The notes under the pieces were generated by a model. That model saw nothing but the letters and a program-made list of their open reading frames with translations. It did not search any database and was not told the origin of the DNA. Below, one piece after another: positions 1-51,879 of a DNA stretch of 64,000 nucleotides. The stretch is taken from positions 9,858,001 to 9,922,000 of the forward strand of contig OZ024764.1 in assembly GCA_964016885.1 (NCBI GenBank), given 5' to 3'. The DNA comes from Eledone cirrhosa (Eukaryota). The position numbers and the translations under genes are program-made. How positions within the stretch are numbered: position 1 is the stretch's first letter; each line of letters starts with the position of its first letter.

Positions 1-1940
1 CTATGTCTGTCTAAGGTCTGTACCCTAGGTGGCTCTGTGTCTCTCTGTGGTCTGTACCCTAGGTGGCTCTATGTCTGTCTAAGGTCTGTACCCTAGGTGG
101 CTCTATGTCTGTCTAAGGTCTGTACCCTAGGTGGCTCTGTGTCTCACTAAGGTCTGTAGCCTAGGTGGCTCTGTGTCTCCCTGAGGTCTGTACCCTAGGT
201 GGCTCTGTGTCTCACTAAGGTCTGTACCCTAGGTGGCTCTGTGTCTCTCTGTGGTCTGTACCCTAGGTGGCTCTATGTCTGTCTAAGGTCTGTACCCTAG
301 GTGGCTCTGTGTCTCCCTGAGGTCTGTACCCTAGGTGGCTCTGTGTCTCTCTGTGGTCTGTACCCTAGGTGGCTCTATGTCTGTCTAAGGTCTGTACCCT
401 AGGTGGCTCTGTGTCTCCCTGAGGTCTGTACCCTAGGTGGCTCTGTGTCTCACTAAGGTCTGTAGCCTAGGTGGCTCTGTGTCTCTTTGAGGTCTGTACT
501 CTAGGTGGCTCTGTGTCTCTCTGAGGTCTGTACCCTAGGTGGCTCTGTGTCTCTCTGAGGTCTGTACCCTAGGTGGCTCTGTGTCTCTCTCAGGTCTGTA
601 CCCTAGGTGGCTCTGTGTCTCTCTGAGGTCTGTACCCTAGGTGGCTCTGTGTCTCTCTAAGGTCTGTACCCTAGGTGGCTCTGTGTCTCTCTAAGGTCTG
701 TACTCTAGGTGGCTCTGTGTCTCTCTAAGGTCTGTACCCTAGGTGGCTCTGTGTCTCTCTAAGGTCTGTACTCTAGGTGGCTCTGTGTCTCTCTAAGGTC
801 TGTACCCTAGGTGGCTCTGTGTCTCTCTAAGGTCTGTACTCTAGGTGGCTCTGTGTCTCTCTGAGGTCTGTACCCTAGGTGGCTCTGTGTCTCTCTGACG
901 TCTGTACCCTAGGTGGCTCTGTGTCTCTCTAAGGTCTGTACTCTAGGTGGCTCTGTGTCTCTCTGAGGTCTGTACCCTAGGTGGCTCTGTGTCTCTCTGA
1001 GGTCTGTACCCTAGGTGGCTCTGTGTCTCTCTGACGTCTGTACCCTAGGTGGCTCTGTGTCTCTCTAAGGTCTGTACTCTAGGTGGCTCTGTGTCTCTCT
1101 GAGGTCTGTACCCTAGGTGGCTCTGTGTCTCTCTGACGTCTGTACCCTAGGTGGCTCTGTGTCTCACTAAGGTCTGTACCCTAGGTGGATCTGTGTCTCT
1201 CTAAGGTCTGTACCCTAGGTGGCTCTGTGTCTCTCTAAGGTCTGTACCCTAGGTGGCTCTGTGTCTCTCTGAGGTCTGTACCCTAGGTGGCTCTGTGTCT
1301 CTCTGACGTCTGTACCCTAGGTGGCTCTGTGTCTCTCTAAGGTCTGTACCCTAGGTGGCTCTGTGTCTCTCTAAGGTCTGTACCCTAGGTGGCTCTGTGT
1401 CTCTCTAAGGTCTGTACCCTAGGTGGCTCTGTGTCTCACTAAGGTCTGTACCCTAGGTGGCTCTGTGTCTCTCTGAGGTCTGTACCCTAGGTGGCTCTGT
1501 GTCTCTCTGACGTCTGTACCCTAGGTGGCTCTGTGTCTCTCTAAGGTCTGTACCCTAGGTGGCTCTGTGTCTCTCTAAGGTCTGTACTCTAGGTGGCTCT
1601 GTGTCTCTCTCAGGTCTGTACCCTAGGTGGCTCTGTGTCTCTCTAAGGTCTGTACCCTAGGTGGCTCTGTGTCTCTCTAAGGTCTGTACTCTAGGTGGCT
1701 CTGTGTCTCTCTAAGGTCTGTACCCTAGGTGGATCTGTGTCTCTCTAAGGTCTGTGCCCTAGGTGGCTCTGTGTCTCTCTAAGGTCTGTGCCCTAGGTGG
1801 CTCTGTGTCTCTCTAAGGTCTGTGCCCTAGGTAGCTATGTCTCACTAAGGTCTGTACCCTAGGTGGTTGGGTGTCTTATTAAGGTCCGTACCCTAGGGTG
1901 CCCTGTCCTGTGCCTTAGGTGACTCTGTGTCTCTCTAAGA
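1..1940. repeat. 34-bp minisatellite (ggtctgtaccctaggtggctctgtgtctctctaa)n
   Basis: Period of 34 read directly; the array runs off the window start. Confidence 0.95.
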
Positions 1941-2230
1941 TATAGATAACACATGATATATAACATGCTATATATAATGTATATATAATGCAGGATATAT
2001 AAAATAGACTTATGACTGTTTTTTGTGTTTATTATTATTAACATATTTTTTTCAATTATTATCATTATTATTTATTAAAAGATCAAAGTGCATGATGGGA
2101 AGGAAACAAGGGGCGGGGGGTTCATGGCAATGGACAGTCAATAATGAATGTAAGGGATTTTCAATGTCATATATACACATACACATATATATATGTATAT
2201 ATATATATGTATGTATATATATAGAGAGAG

Positions 2231-2293
<63 letters not shown>

Positions 2294-2296
2294 TTG

Positions 2297-2345
<49 letters not shown>

Positions 2346-2408
2346 TTGTATATATATATATATATATATACATATATATTTGTATATATATATATGTATA
2401 TATATATT

Positions 2409-2448
<40 letters not shown>

Positions 2449-2476
2449 CATATATATATATGTATATATATATTTG

Positions 2477-2508
<32 letters not shown>

Positions 2509-2581
2509 TATATACATATATACACACACATGGACATGCGTATATATGTGTGTATAAATATATATATATATATATATATAT

Positions 2582-2772
2582 AACGAAGGAAATGTGGTAA
2601 GGAACCATATGGACCATAACGCACCAGAGTACTCAATACTTAGGGTAGTAGAGTGGGAAATAGGGAAAAAGTATGACCCCGACGGCAGAGCTCAAGCCGT
2701 TTCAACGGCTATTTCTAGTCCAGAAATAGCCGTCGAAACGGCTTGAGCTCTGCCGTCGGGGTCATACTTTTT

Positions 2773-2778
<6 letters not shown>
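2582..2778. mobile_element. Fold-back element with hammerhead 3' half (Penelope-like terminal remnant)
   Basis: Hairpin 2660-2778; GAAACGGC-loop-GCCGTC; related copies at ~33898-33963, 57553-57718 and 60004-60156; sits inside (TA)n. Confidence 0.6.
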
Positions 2779-2825
<47 letters not shown>

Positions 2826-3499
2826 TGTATACACATAATATACAACCAAATAATTCAGATCTGAGCAAGAGATAGAAAGATATATAGATATATTTATATA
2901 GACAGACAGAGAGACAGTCAGACAGACAGAGAGACAGAGAGACAGACAGACAGACAGAGAGACAGACATGCAGACAGAGAGACAGACATGCAGACAGACA
3001 GACAGAGAGACAGACAGACAGATAGAGATTTCTTCACCCAGCTTACAGGGAAGAACCAAGAAACTTTTTGTTTGTATTTTTCCGTGTGTTTTTGTTTGAG
3101 ATTTTTTTTATTGTTTGTTGTTTCTTTTTTGGTAATTTGAGAACCCTCCCCCTCCCCTTTAGAATAGGGGTCGGGTTTTAGATGGAGACATCACCATCAC
3201 CATCATCATCATTGTCATCATGTGTTAATAAATCCAGTATTATTTTGTTTGTTATCACCATCACCATCACCATTATAACCATGACCATCACCATCATCAT
3301 CATTGTCACTTTCATCATGTGTCCAATAAAGCGGTTATCTTTTTTTGGTGTTATAACCATAACCATCATCATCATCACCATCACCATCATCACCATCACC
3401 ACCATCACCATCACCATCACCACCATCACCATCACCATCGTCGTCAGTTGTCAACAAATGAATTATTGTTATCTGTTGTTTCTTTTGTTTGTTTATAGT

Positions 3500-4179
3500 C
3501 CTTGTTGTCGCTGTCGTCGCTGTCGTTGTCACTCTCATCACCATTATCATCGCTGTCATCATCGCTGTGGTCGCTGTCGTTGTCACTGTCATCGCTGTGG
3601 TTGCTGTGGTTGTCACTGTCATCGCTGTCGTCATCACTGTCATCGCTGTGGTCGCTGTCGTTGCTGTCGTTGTCACTGTCATCGCTGTGGTCGCTGTCGT
3701 TGCTGTCGTTGTCACTGTCATCGCTGTGGTTGCTGTGGTTGTCACTGTCATCGCTGTCGTCATCACTGTCATCGCTGTGGTCGCTGTCGTTGCTGTCGTT
3801 GTCACTGTCATCGCTGTGGTTGCTGTGGTCGCTGTCGTCATCACTGTGGTTGCTGTCGTTGTCACTGTCATCGCTGTCGTTGTCACTGTCATCGCTGTGG
3901 TTGCTGTCGTTGTCACTGTGGTCGCTGTCGTCGCTGTGGTCGCTGTGGTTGCTGTCGTTGTCACCATCATCGCTGTGGTTGCTGTGGTCGCTGTCGTCAT
4001 CACTGTCACTGCTGTCATCGCTGTGGTCGCTGTCGTTGTCACTGTCATCGCTGTGGTTGCTGTCGTTGTCACCATCATCGCTGTGGTTGCTGTGGTCGCT
4101 GTCGTCATCACTGTCACTGCTGTCATCGCTGTGGTCGCTGTCGTTGTCACTGTCATCGCTGTGGTCGCTGCTGTCGTGG

Positions 4180-4180
<1 letters not shown>
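3500..4180. repeat. Compound trinucleotide repeat (GAC/GAT/AGC/AGT/AAC/CAC on the minus strand) right after the stop codon
   Basis: Seen directly; see the frameshift finding. Confidence 0.9.
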
Positions 4181-42096
<37,916 letters not shown>

Positions 42097-42111
<15 letters not shown>

Positions 42112-42186
42112 GTTGGGATCCTCTTCAGTTCTCTGGAACACAGTGGTAGGAGGGGAGGGAGGGAAGAGGGGAGGGGAGGGAGTGAT
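42097..42186 (-). CDS. Putative exon 1 containing the start ATG at 42111 (MYNSK)
   Basis: Acceptor tttgtctattccag at 42187, alternative acceptor at 42133, donor AAA|gtaggt. Phase 0 fits the next exon, which has no in-frame Met. No homology support. Confidence 0.5.
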
Positions 42187-42324
42187 CTGGAATAGACAAA
42201 AAAAATACAAAAACAGAATTAGCATTCTTATATTCCGTTAATCCTTTTCTCTCTAACCTTCCAACCTCGTCTTTCTCATTCCTGACATAAGACCAGCATT
42301 TGATACATCACGACAAATTTATTT

Positions 42325-43270
42325 AAACTGGTTGTAACCAGCCAGAATTCTCTCACCTCTTTCTGTTCAAACCGGCTGTATCTGGCCAGAATTCTCTCGC
42401 CTCTTTCTGTTCAAACCGGCTGTATCTGGCCAGAATTCTCTCACCTCTTTCTGTTCAAACCAGCTGTATCTGGTCAGAATTCTCTCACCTCTTTCTGTTC
42501 AAACCGGCTGTGTCTGGCCAGAATTCTCTCACCTCTTTCTGTTCAAACCGGCTGTATCTGGACAGAGTTCTCTCACCTCTTTCCAAACAAACTGGCTGTA
42601 TCTGGCCAGAATTGTGTCACCTCTTTCTGTTCAAACCGGCTGTAACCAGCTGCTTATACTGATCTTCAAACCGGCCAGAACTCTCACATCTCTTTCTGTT
42701 CAAACCAGCCATATCTGGTCAGAATTCTCTCACATCTCTTTCTGCTCAAACCAGCTGGAACTGGCCAAAATTCTCTCACCGCTTTCTGTTCAAACCAGCT
42801 GTAACTGGCCAGATTTCTCTCACCTCTTTCTGTTCAAACCAGCCATACCTAGCCAGAATTCTCTCACGTCTTTCTGTTCAAACCAGCCATATCTGGCCAG
42901 AATTCTCTCACCTCTTTCTGTTCAAACCAGCCATAACCGGTCAGAATTCTCTCACGTCTTTCTGTTCAAACCAGCCATATCTGGCCAGAATTCTCTCACC
43001 TCTTTCTGTTCAAACCAGCCATATCTGGCCAGAATTCTCTCACCTCTTTCTGTTCAAACCAGCTGTAACTGGCCAGAATTCTCTCACCTCTTTCTGTTCA
43101 AACCAGCCATATCTGGCCAGAATTCTCTCACCTCTTTCTGTTCAAACCGGCTGTAACCAGCTGTTTATACTGATGTTAAAGTATTGTTCTCAAAATAAAT
43201 AATATCAAAATCTAATAGATTCGATATTATGTGAGGTAAAGCCTTTACCGTGAAAATATAATAGTAAATA
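42325..43270. repeat. 44-bp tandem repeat from the left arm of the piggyBac-like MITE, followed by the MITE body
   Basis: Unit ggccagaattctctcacctctttctgttcaaaccggctgtatct matches 17212-17250. Confidence 0.85.
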
Positions 43271-43369
43271 TATATATATATATGGAGGAAGTTGTAGTTT
43301 ACTTGAAGCATTGCGTAATGAGGTATAAACGTTTGGAGTTGGAAGGCCAAAACAATGCAGGTATGGATA

Positions 43370-44284
43370 TCTATATATATAAAACTGAGGATGTCTGTCT
43401 GTGTGTGTGTGAGTTTGAATCACTAAAACTAAAGAAGCACCCAACCGACCGTTTTCAAACTTTACACATCTAATACTTATGTTTCAGGGAGTGTTCTGAA
43501 CAAAAAAAAATTTCAAATTTTCAATGCCCTAGGGACCGCATTAGGCGATTTAGCGATCTCTCTCTATAATTCTTAGTCTTCCTCTTTTTAGATAGATACA
43601 TACATATAATGACGCGCCCTTATAACATCTGTCTGTATGTCTGGTTGTCTGCATTACGTCACTGCCCTGAGGATGTCTGTGTGTGTGTGTGTGGGTGTGT
43701 GGTGTGTCTGTGAGTTTGAATCCCTAAGACTTGAGAAGTACCCAACGGACTTTTTTCAAACTTTACATGTGTATTACTTATGTTTCAGGGAGTGTTATGC
43801 ACATAAAAAAATTCAATTTTTGAAAAACTGCGTTTTTTCAGGTTTTTAGGGGTTTTTTGGGGCATTATGTCAGACTGATTTCCTTGAAATTGTAACTATG
43901 TATTAATCAGTCTCTTCTTCATACCGTGAGCAAAGAAAATCCAACTTTTTTATGGCCTAGGGCCCGCATTAGGTGAAAAACTTCATTTTTTCAGCTTTTT
44001 AGGACTTTTTTGAGGCGTTACGTCTAGCCGATTTTCAGGAAATTTTAAGGCACTTTATGCATATAAAAAAATTCATTTTCTTGATCCCCTAGGGCCCGCA
44101 TTAGGTGAAAAGCTGCATTTTTCCTGCTTCATCAAGGAAAATCTTAAAGATTATTCAGTCATCAGAGTATTCGGTTTATTTTCTTTACATATTGTCCAGG
44201 CATGCAGTTCTTTAACGATTAGGTCTGTTGGCCGCCTGCGTTCCAAAATACCTTATCCCGTGCTACGCCGGGTACCACTGCTAG
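43370..44284 (+). mobile_element. Non-autonomous Helitron
   Basis: 5' A|TCTATATATATAAAA; 3' hairpin CCCGTGCTACGCCGGG then CTAG|T; internal duplication 43386-43520 / 43667-43825; a similar 5' end at 18948. Confidence 0.75.
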
Positions 44285-44495
44285 TAGAATATAAATACAA
44301 ATGCAAAAGATATTGCTGACAATTAGTCTTTTACCTTAAATTTATTTGAATATCCTTAATTTTCGAGATAATATCTCTTCTTCGGAGGGAAGTAAAGGGG
44401 TTAATCCAGTGTTCTAATTAGCTTGTCAAGTCATGCTGACAGGAGATGGTATACCATTTCCTGTCAGCACACACACACACACATATATATATATA

Positions 44496-44527
<32 letters not shown>

Positions 44528-44537
44528 TATATATATA

Positions 44538-44569
<32 letters not shown>

Positions 44570-44580
44570 TATATATAGAT

Positions 44581-44936
44581 GGAGGCACATGGCTTAGTGG
44601 TTAGAGCATTGGCCTTGCAATCGAAATGTTGTGAGTTCAATTCTCAGACCGGGTGATGTGTTGTTTCCTTGAGCAAGACACTTTATTTCACGTTGCTCCA
44701 GTTTACTCAGCTGTAGAAATGAGATGATAGGGACTGGGGTCCATATCATTCCACTGCAAAGTGGTCGTGGAGGTGCCACGGTAAAAAAGGCACCCAGCAC
44801 TCACTGTAAATGAGGTTGGTGTTAGGAAGGGCATCCAGCTGTAGAAATCAAGCCAGAATCAGTTCCTGTCCCACTCTTGCAAGCAGGGAAGAAGGGGACG
44901 TAAAATGAAACTTGATGATGATGATGATGATGATGA

Positions 44937-44940
<4 letters not shown>
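44581..44940 (+). mobile_element. SINE family A
   Basis: Matches 21935-22270. Confidence 0.88.
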
Positions 44941-44975
<35 letters not shown>

Positions 44976-45138
44976 GCTATGCATATATACATAACATATA
45001 TATAAAACTGTGACATGTTTACAGTTATATGTGCACACATGGCACCCAAGTACATGCAGACACATGTTATGTACACAGATGCTCACCTCTCACCCAAACA
45101 CATGTTGTTTATTACATAACAATATATACATATGTATA

Positions 45139-45212
<74 letters not shown>

Positions 45213-45344
45213 TATATATATATATATATATATATATAGTGTGTAGATATATATATATATATATGTATATATATGAGTGTATATACATATATATATATGT
45301 ATATATGTGTATGTGTATATATATATACACACATACATATACAT

Positions 45345-45465
<121 letters not shown>

Positions 45466-46113
45466 TATATATATAGTGTATATATATATATATATATATA
45501 TATAGTGTATATATCTAAACTATTGTATATATATATATATATATAGTGACGAAACATAAGTCAATTGCATGAACTCATAATCCTTTATTTACTTGATAGC
45601 CATTGAATGGCTATGACCTCATCAGGCAGTTAGTCAGTTCTTAGATATGCTAGCTGTGTGTTTACAGAGCCTTGGGACATATGAGCTTGTTAGGAATAAT
45701 TTAATGTTGTCAGCAGGAATAGTCTTAATTCTCATTGGTCAGTTTGTAGATGCTAGTAGGGTTGGTATTTGACCTCAAAGAGGCAGGTTGTGTTGTTATA
45801 TATGTTATATATATATATATATATATATATAGTAATAATAATAAAATTGAAGACTAAAATCCAAAGAGGGCTCGATAAGGAAAATATATATCAAATATAT
45901 AAGAACCCAAGAGCAAATATTTATTAAAATAACAGATTAAAGTTTAAGCAAAGAATCGCTGCTTTCACCCTTAACGGGATCTTCTGAAACTAACAAAGTC
46001 AATCTGTAAACGCAGAAGTGAATATTTCAAAAAACGTTGCAACCGGAGGAAGACAGCATCTGATCCCTCTTATTCCTTATTTCTCCCTTAATTCATTTAT
46101 GCTTTGCTGTTCA

Positions 46114-46177
<64 letters not shown>

Positions 46178-46181
<4 letters not shown>

Positions 46182-47067
46182 TGAACAGCAAAGCATAAAT
46201 GAACTAAGGGAGAAATAAGGAATAAGAGGGATCAGATGCTGTTTACTCGAGAGAAGACTACGTTGGTGTGGTCACGTGAAGCGCATGAAAGATGACAGCT
46301 GCATAAAAAAGTGCAGGGTGATAAAAATAGGTGGAAGTTAACGGAGTAGGTAGACCCAGAAAAACCTGGGATGATCTGATAAATTCCAACCTCACACACT
46401 TACACTTCTCCAAGACAATGTCACTGGACCGAGATCTTTGGCGCTACGCAGTAATACAGAAGACCTGCCTTGCTTATGTACAAAGCGAAACCTAGTCAGT
46501 AGGCACCTCCTAACCAAAAATACACCCCCAATCCACTACCCCCAGCCCCATCTACACCACCCCTTTCTCTATAAAGTTATGTTGGTACCACAACATCCAG
46601 TCCTAAATAAATGAGGTCGTGTAGGTGTCACGACAAAAAAACACACAGTCCACGCTGTAATGTGGCCGTGTAGGTAACACAGTAAAAACCTCCCAGTCCA
46701 CACTGTAGACGTGGTTGGTGTTAGGAAGGGCATCCAGCTGTAGAAAACCCGCCAGACAGTCCACGCTGTAATGTGGCCGTGTAGGTAACACAGTAAAAAC
46801 CTCCCAGTCCACACTGTAGACGTGGTTGGTGTTAGGAAGGGCATCCAGCTGTAGAAAACCCGCCAGACAGTCCACGCTGTAATGTGGCCGTGTAGGTAAC
46901 ACGGTAAAAACCTCCCAGTCCACACTGTAGACGTGGTTGGTGTTAGGAAGGGCATCCAGCCGTAGAAAACCCGCCAGACAGTCCTATACGAGCAGGACAA
47001 CCAATCTTGCCTCAAGTGGGAAAATTCCCGTCCAGACCCATGCAAGCGTGGAAGATGGACGTTAAAC

Positions 47068-47108
<41 letters not shown>
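46178..47108 (+). mobile_element. RTE LINE 3' end with long 3' UTR (internal ~110-bp triplication) and (GAT)n tail
   Basis: LRWCGHVKRMKDDSCIKKCR, GRPRKTW; inverse copy at 60338-60970. Confidence 0.85.
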
Positions 47109-47138
<30 letters not shown>

Positions 47139-47199
47139 AAGTAATCCAAGTCATTGGCCTACCAGCTGTTAACAGAGCTGCAACAGCTTCTGAACCCCC

Positions 47200-50155
47200 C
47201 CTACCTCCACTTACCCCACCCACCCACCCCTTACTGATACCACCACCAACACCAACACCAACAATGCATCACCACCAACATTGCACCACCAACAACAATA
47301 ACATCACCAACACCACCACCACCAACACCACCACCACCATCACCACCACTAACCCCCTCCCACTACACCACCACCACCACCACCACCACCACCACTGCAA
47401 ACAACACGTGCATCTAGTTTCGCAGTTTTAGTGATAGCAATAATCACGCTCTGACGCCGTGTTGGCTGCAACTGCAAGTGTGTGTGGGGGTAGGTGTAGG
47501 GGGTAGGGGGGTGATAGGGGTGGTGATAGGGGTGGTGGTGGTAGTGGTGTTGTTGTTGGTGGTGTTGTTGGTGGTGGTGTGGTGTTGGTGGTGATAGTGG
47601 TGGTGGTGTGGTGTTGGTGGTGGTGTGATGGTGGTGTTGTTGGTGGTGGTGTGGTGGTGGTGGTGTGGTGGTGTTGTTGGTGGTGGTGTGATGGTGGTGG
47701 TGGTGTGGTGGTATTGTTGGTGGTGGTGTGGTGGTGGTGATAGTGGTGGTGGTGTGGTGTTGGTGGTGGTGGTGATAGTGGTGGTGGTGGTGATAGTGGA
47801 GTTGGTGGTGGTGGTGATAGTGGTGTTGGTGATAGTGCTGGTGGTGTGGTGGTCGTGGTGGTGGTGTTGTTGGTGGTGGTGTGGTGGTGGTGGTGATAGT
47901 GGTGTTGGTGATAGTGCTGGTGGTGTGGTGGTGTTGTTGGTGGTGGTGTGGTGGTGGTGGTGTTGTTGGTGGTGGTGTTGTTGGTGGTGGTGTGATGGTG
48001 GTGGTGGTGATAGTGGTGGTGATAGTGGAGTTGGTGGTGGTGGTGATAGTGGTGTTGGTGATAGTGCTGGTGGTGTGGTGGTCGTGGTGGTGGTGGTGGT
48101 GTTGTTGGTGGTGGTGTGGTGGTGGTGGTGATAGTGGTGTTGGTGATAGTGCTGGTGGTGTGGTGGTGTTGTTGGTGGTGGTGTGGTGGTGGTGGTGTTG
48201 TTGGTGGTGGTGTGATGGTGGTGGTGGTGGTGTGGTGGTGGTGATAGTGGTGGTGTTGTTGGTGGTGGTGTGGTGTTGGTGGTGGTGTGATGGTGGTGGT
48301 GGTGATAGTGGTGGTGATAGTGGTGTTGGTGGTGGTGGTGATAGTGGTGGTGATAGTGGTGGTGATAGTGGTGGTGATAGTGGTGGTGATAGTGGTGGTG
48401 ATAGTGGTGGTGATAGTGGTGGTGGTGGTGATAGTGGTGGTGGTAGTAGTGTTGGTGGTGTGGTGGTCGTGGTGGTGGTGTTGTTGGTGGTGGTGTGGTG
48501 GTGGTGTTGTTGGTGGTGGTGGTGTTGTTGGTGGTGGTGTGATGGTGGTGATAGTGGTGATGTTGTTGGTGGTGGTGTGGTGTTGGTGGTGGTGTGATGG
48601 TGGTGGTGGTGGTGATAGTGGAGTTGGTGGTGGTGGTGATAGTGGTGTTGGTGATAGTGCTGGTGGTGTGGTGGTCGTGGTGGTGGTGTTGTTGGTGGTG
48701 GTGTGATGGTGGTGGTGGTGGTGTGGTGGTGGTGATAGTGGTGGTGTTGTTGGTGGTGGTGTAGTGTTGGTGGTGGTGTGATGATAGTGGTGGTGATAGT
48801 GGTGGTGATAGTGGTGGTGGTGATAGTGGTGTTGGTGATAGTGCTGGTGGTGTGGTGGTGGTGGTGTTGTTGGTGGTGGTGTGATGGTGGTGGGGGTGGT
48901 GTGGGGGGGGTGTGGTGGTGGTGATAGTGGTGGTGATAGTGGTGGTGGTAGTGGTGGTGTAGATGGTGGTGCTGTAGTGGTGGTGGTGGTGGTAGTGGTG
49001 GTGGAGGGGGTAGGAGGAGGTGAATGATGGGAGGAGACATATTAATGCAGAAGAGGGAGGGGGAGAGGAGTTGGAGGGGGTGGGAGGAGACGTTGGAGGT
49101 GAGAGAGAGAGAGAAAGGAGAAGGAATGAGGAGGCAGGGGAGAGGTGAAGGGGAGGAGAGATGGGAGAAAGAATAGGGTGAAGGAAGAGGGGGGTCGAGG
49201 TGGAGAGGAGTGGGAGAGAGGAGAGAAAGGAGAGGTGAAGAGGGAAGGGGAGGGAGGGAGGGAGGGGATGATATGAAGTGGGAAGGGGAGGGAGAGCAGA
49301 AGGAAGGGGGATGTGTAGAATAAAGAGGAGGTTGTAGTAGGAGGTGAAGAGGTGAAGTGTTCTATATAAGGTCACCATGACCTGTGCAAACTCTTATTCT
49401 CCCACCAACACCTCTACCACTACACCACACCACCACCAACACCACTACACTACACCACACCACCACCAACACCACTACACTACACCACACCACCACCAAC
49501 ACCACTACACCACTACACCACACCACTACATCACCACCAACACTACAACATCACCACCACACCACCAACATCACCACATCACCGCCAACACCACACCACT
49601 ACCAACATCACAACACCACCACCACCACCACCACCACCAACATCACCACACCACCACACCACCGACACTACAACACCGCCACACCTATCACAAACACCAC
49701 CACCAGCACCACTACACCAATACTGCCACACCTACCAACACCACCACCACTACCAACACACCACCACCACCAACAACAACAACAACACCACACCACTACC
49801 AACACACCACCACACCAACACCACCACCAACACCAATACCGCCACCACTACACCAGTGGTGGTGGTGGTGGTGGTGGTGGTGTATGTGGGGGGTGGTGAT
49901 TGCAGTGGTGGTGGTGTTGCAGTGTTGTTGTTTGTGGTTGTGGTGATAGTGTTGTTGTGTTGGTGGTGGTGTTGTAGTGTTGTTGTTGTTGTTGTGGTGG
50001 TGTTGTAGTGGTGGTGGTGGTGGTGTTGTAGTGGTGGTGGTGGTGGTGTTGTAGTGGTGATAGTGTTGTAGTGTTGTTGTTGTGGTGGTGGTGGTGTTGT
50101 AGTGTTGTTGTTGTGGTGGTGGTGTTGTAGTGTTGTTGTTGTGACGGTGGTGTTG
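47200..50155. repeat. Alternating (CCA)n and (GGT)n low-complexity blocks plus a polypurine tract at 49020-49360
   Basis: Seen directly. Confidence 0.9.
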
Positions 50156-50164
50156 TCTTGCTTT

Positions 50165-51449
50165 AAACATTTACCATTTAAACCAGCCATATCTGGCCAG
50201 AATTCTCTCATCTCTTTCTGTTCAAACAGGCTGTAACCAGCCACTCATACTGATGTTAAGGTAATGTTCTCAAAATAAATAATAACAAAATCTCATAGAT
50301 TTGATATTATGTGAGCTATTATGTGAGGTAAAGCCTTTACTGTGATAATACAATAGTATATATAGAGTAATGTAAATGTTATGTGAGATATTATGTGAGG
50401 TAAAGCCTTTACTGTGAAAATACAATAGTATATATAGAGTAATGTAAATGTTATGTGAGATATTATGTGAGGTAAAGCCTTTACTGTGAAAATACAATAG
50501 TATATATAGAGTAATGTAAATGTTATGTGAGATATTATGTGAGGTAAAGCCTTTACTGTGAAAATACAATAGTATATATAGAGTAATGTAAATGGTATGT
50601 GAGATATGTGAGGTAAAGCCTTTACTGTGAAAATACAATAGTATATATAGAATAATGTAAATCGTATGTGAGATATGTGAGGTAAAGCCTTTACTGTGAA
50701 AATACAATAGTATATATAGAGTAATGTAAATGTTATGTGAGATATTATGTGAGGTAAAGCCTTTACCATGAAAATACAATAGTATATATAGAGTAATGTA
50801 AATGGTATGTGAGATATGTGAGGTAAAGCCTTTACTGTGAAAATACAATAGTATATATAGAGTAATGTAAATGTTATGTGAGATATTATGTGAGGTAAAG
50901 CCTTTACCATGAAAATACAATAGTATATATAGAGTAATGTAAATGGTATGTGAGATATGTGAGGTAAAGCCTTTACTGTGAAAATACAATAGTATATATA
51001 GAGTAATGTAAATGTTATGTGAGATATTATGTGAGGTAAAGCCTTTACTGTGAAAATACAATAGTATATATAGAGTAATGTAAATGTTATGTGAGATATT
51101 ATGTGAGGTAAAGCCTTTACCATGAAAATACAATAGTATATATAGAGTAATGTAAATGTTATGTGAGATATTATGTGTGGTAAAGCCTTTACTGTGAAAA
51201 TACAATAGTATATATAGAGTAATGTAAATGTTTTGTGAGATATGTGAGGTAAAGCCTTTACTGTGACAATACAATAGTATATATAGAGTAATGTAAATGT
51301 TATGTGAGATATGTAAGGTAAAGCCTTTACTGTGAAAATACAATAGTATATATAGAGTAGTGTAAATGTTATGTGAGATATTATGTGAGGTAAAGCCTTT
51401 ACAGTGAAAATACAATAGTATATATAGAGTAATGTGAATGCTAAAGGGT
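50165..51449. mobile_element. piggyBac-like MITE with a 67-72-bp expansion
   Basis: Right TIR aatgctaaaggg-TTAA. Confidence 0.8.
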
Positions 51450-51816
51450 TAAATTACTTCACTCTATTTACAAAGCAACATTAGATAACACATGTCCATT
51501 ATATATGCTAGCAGGAAACCACTCGCAGGGCGGTTTTCTGCTAGCATGTGTAGTGCCATATTGATATCATACGCAAATATATATGCATGTAGATATGATA
51601 CATAAAATGAAAAGTAAACTGACAATATACACAGAAATTGAAGAGAGACTGTGTTACACTGTCTTCTGTAATCAGTAAAGTAATCCATGATACACTTAAA
51701 AAAGATGATATTATATATAAACTGCATTACGGTGAAATGTTATAAAAATGAAAAAGGAGAAAATGAGATTAGCGACAGAAATATAAGCATTATGATATAA
51801 CGATGTAAATATATGA

Positions 51817-51858
<42 letters not shown>

Positions 51859-51879
51859 TGATATATAATATGCACCCAC

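Noticed and set aside
47349-50244. His/Pro/Thr-rich extensin- or mucin-like ORFs
   Set aside because: Translations of (CCA/GGT)n low-complexity DNA with frequent frame switching.
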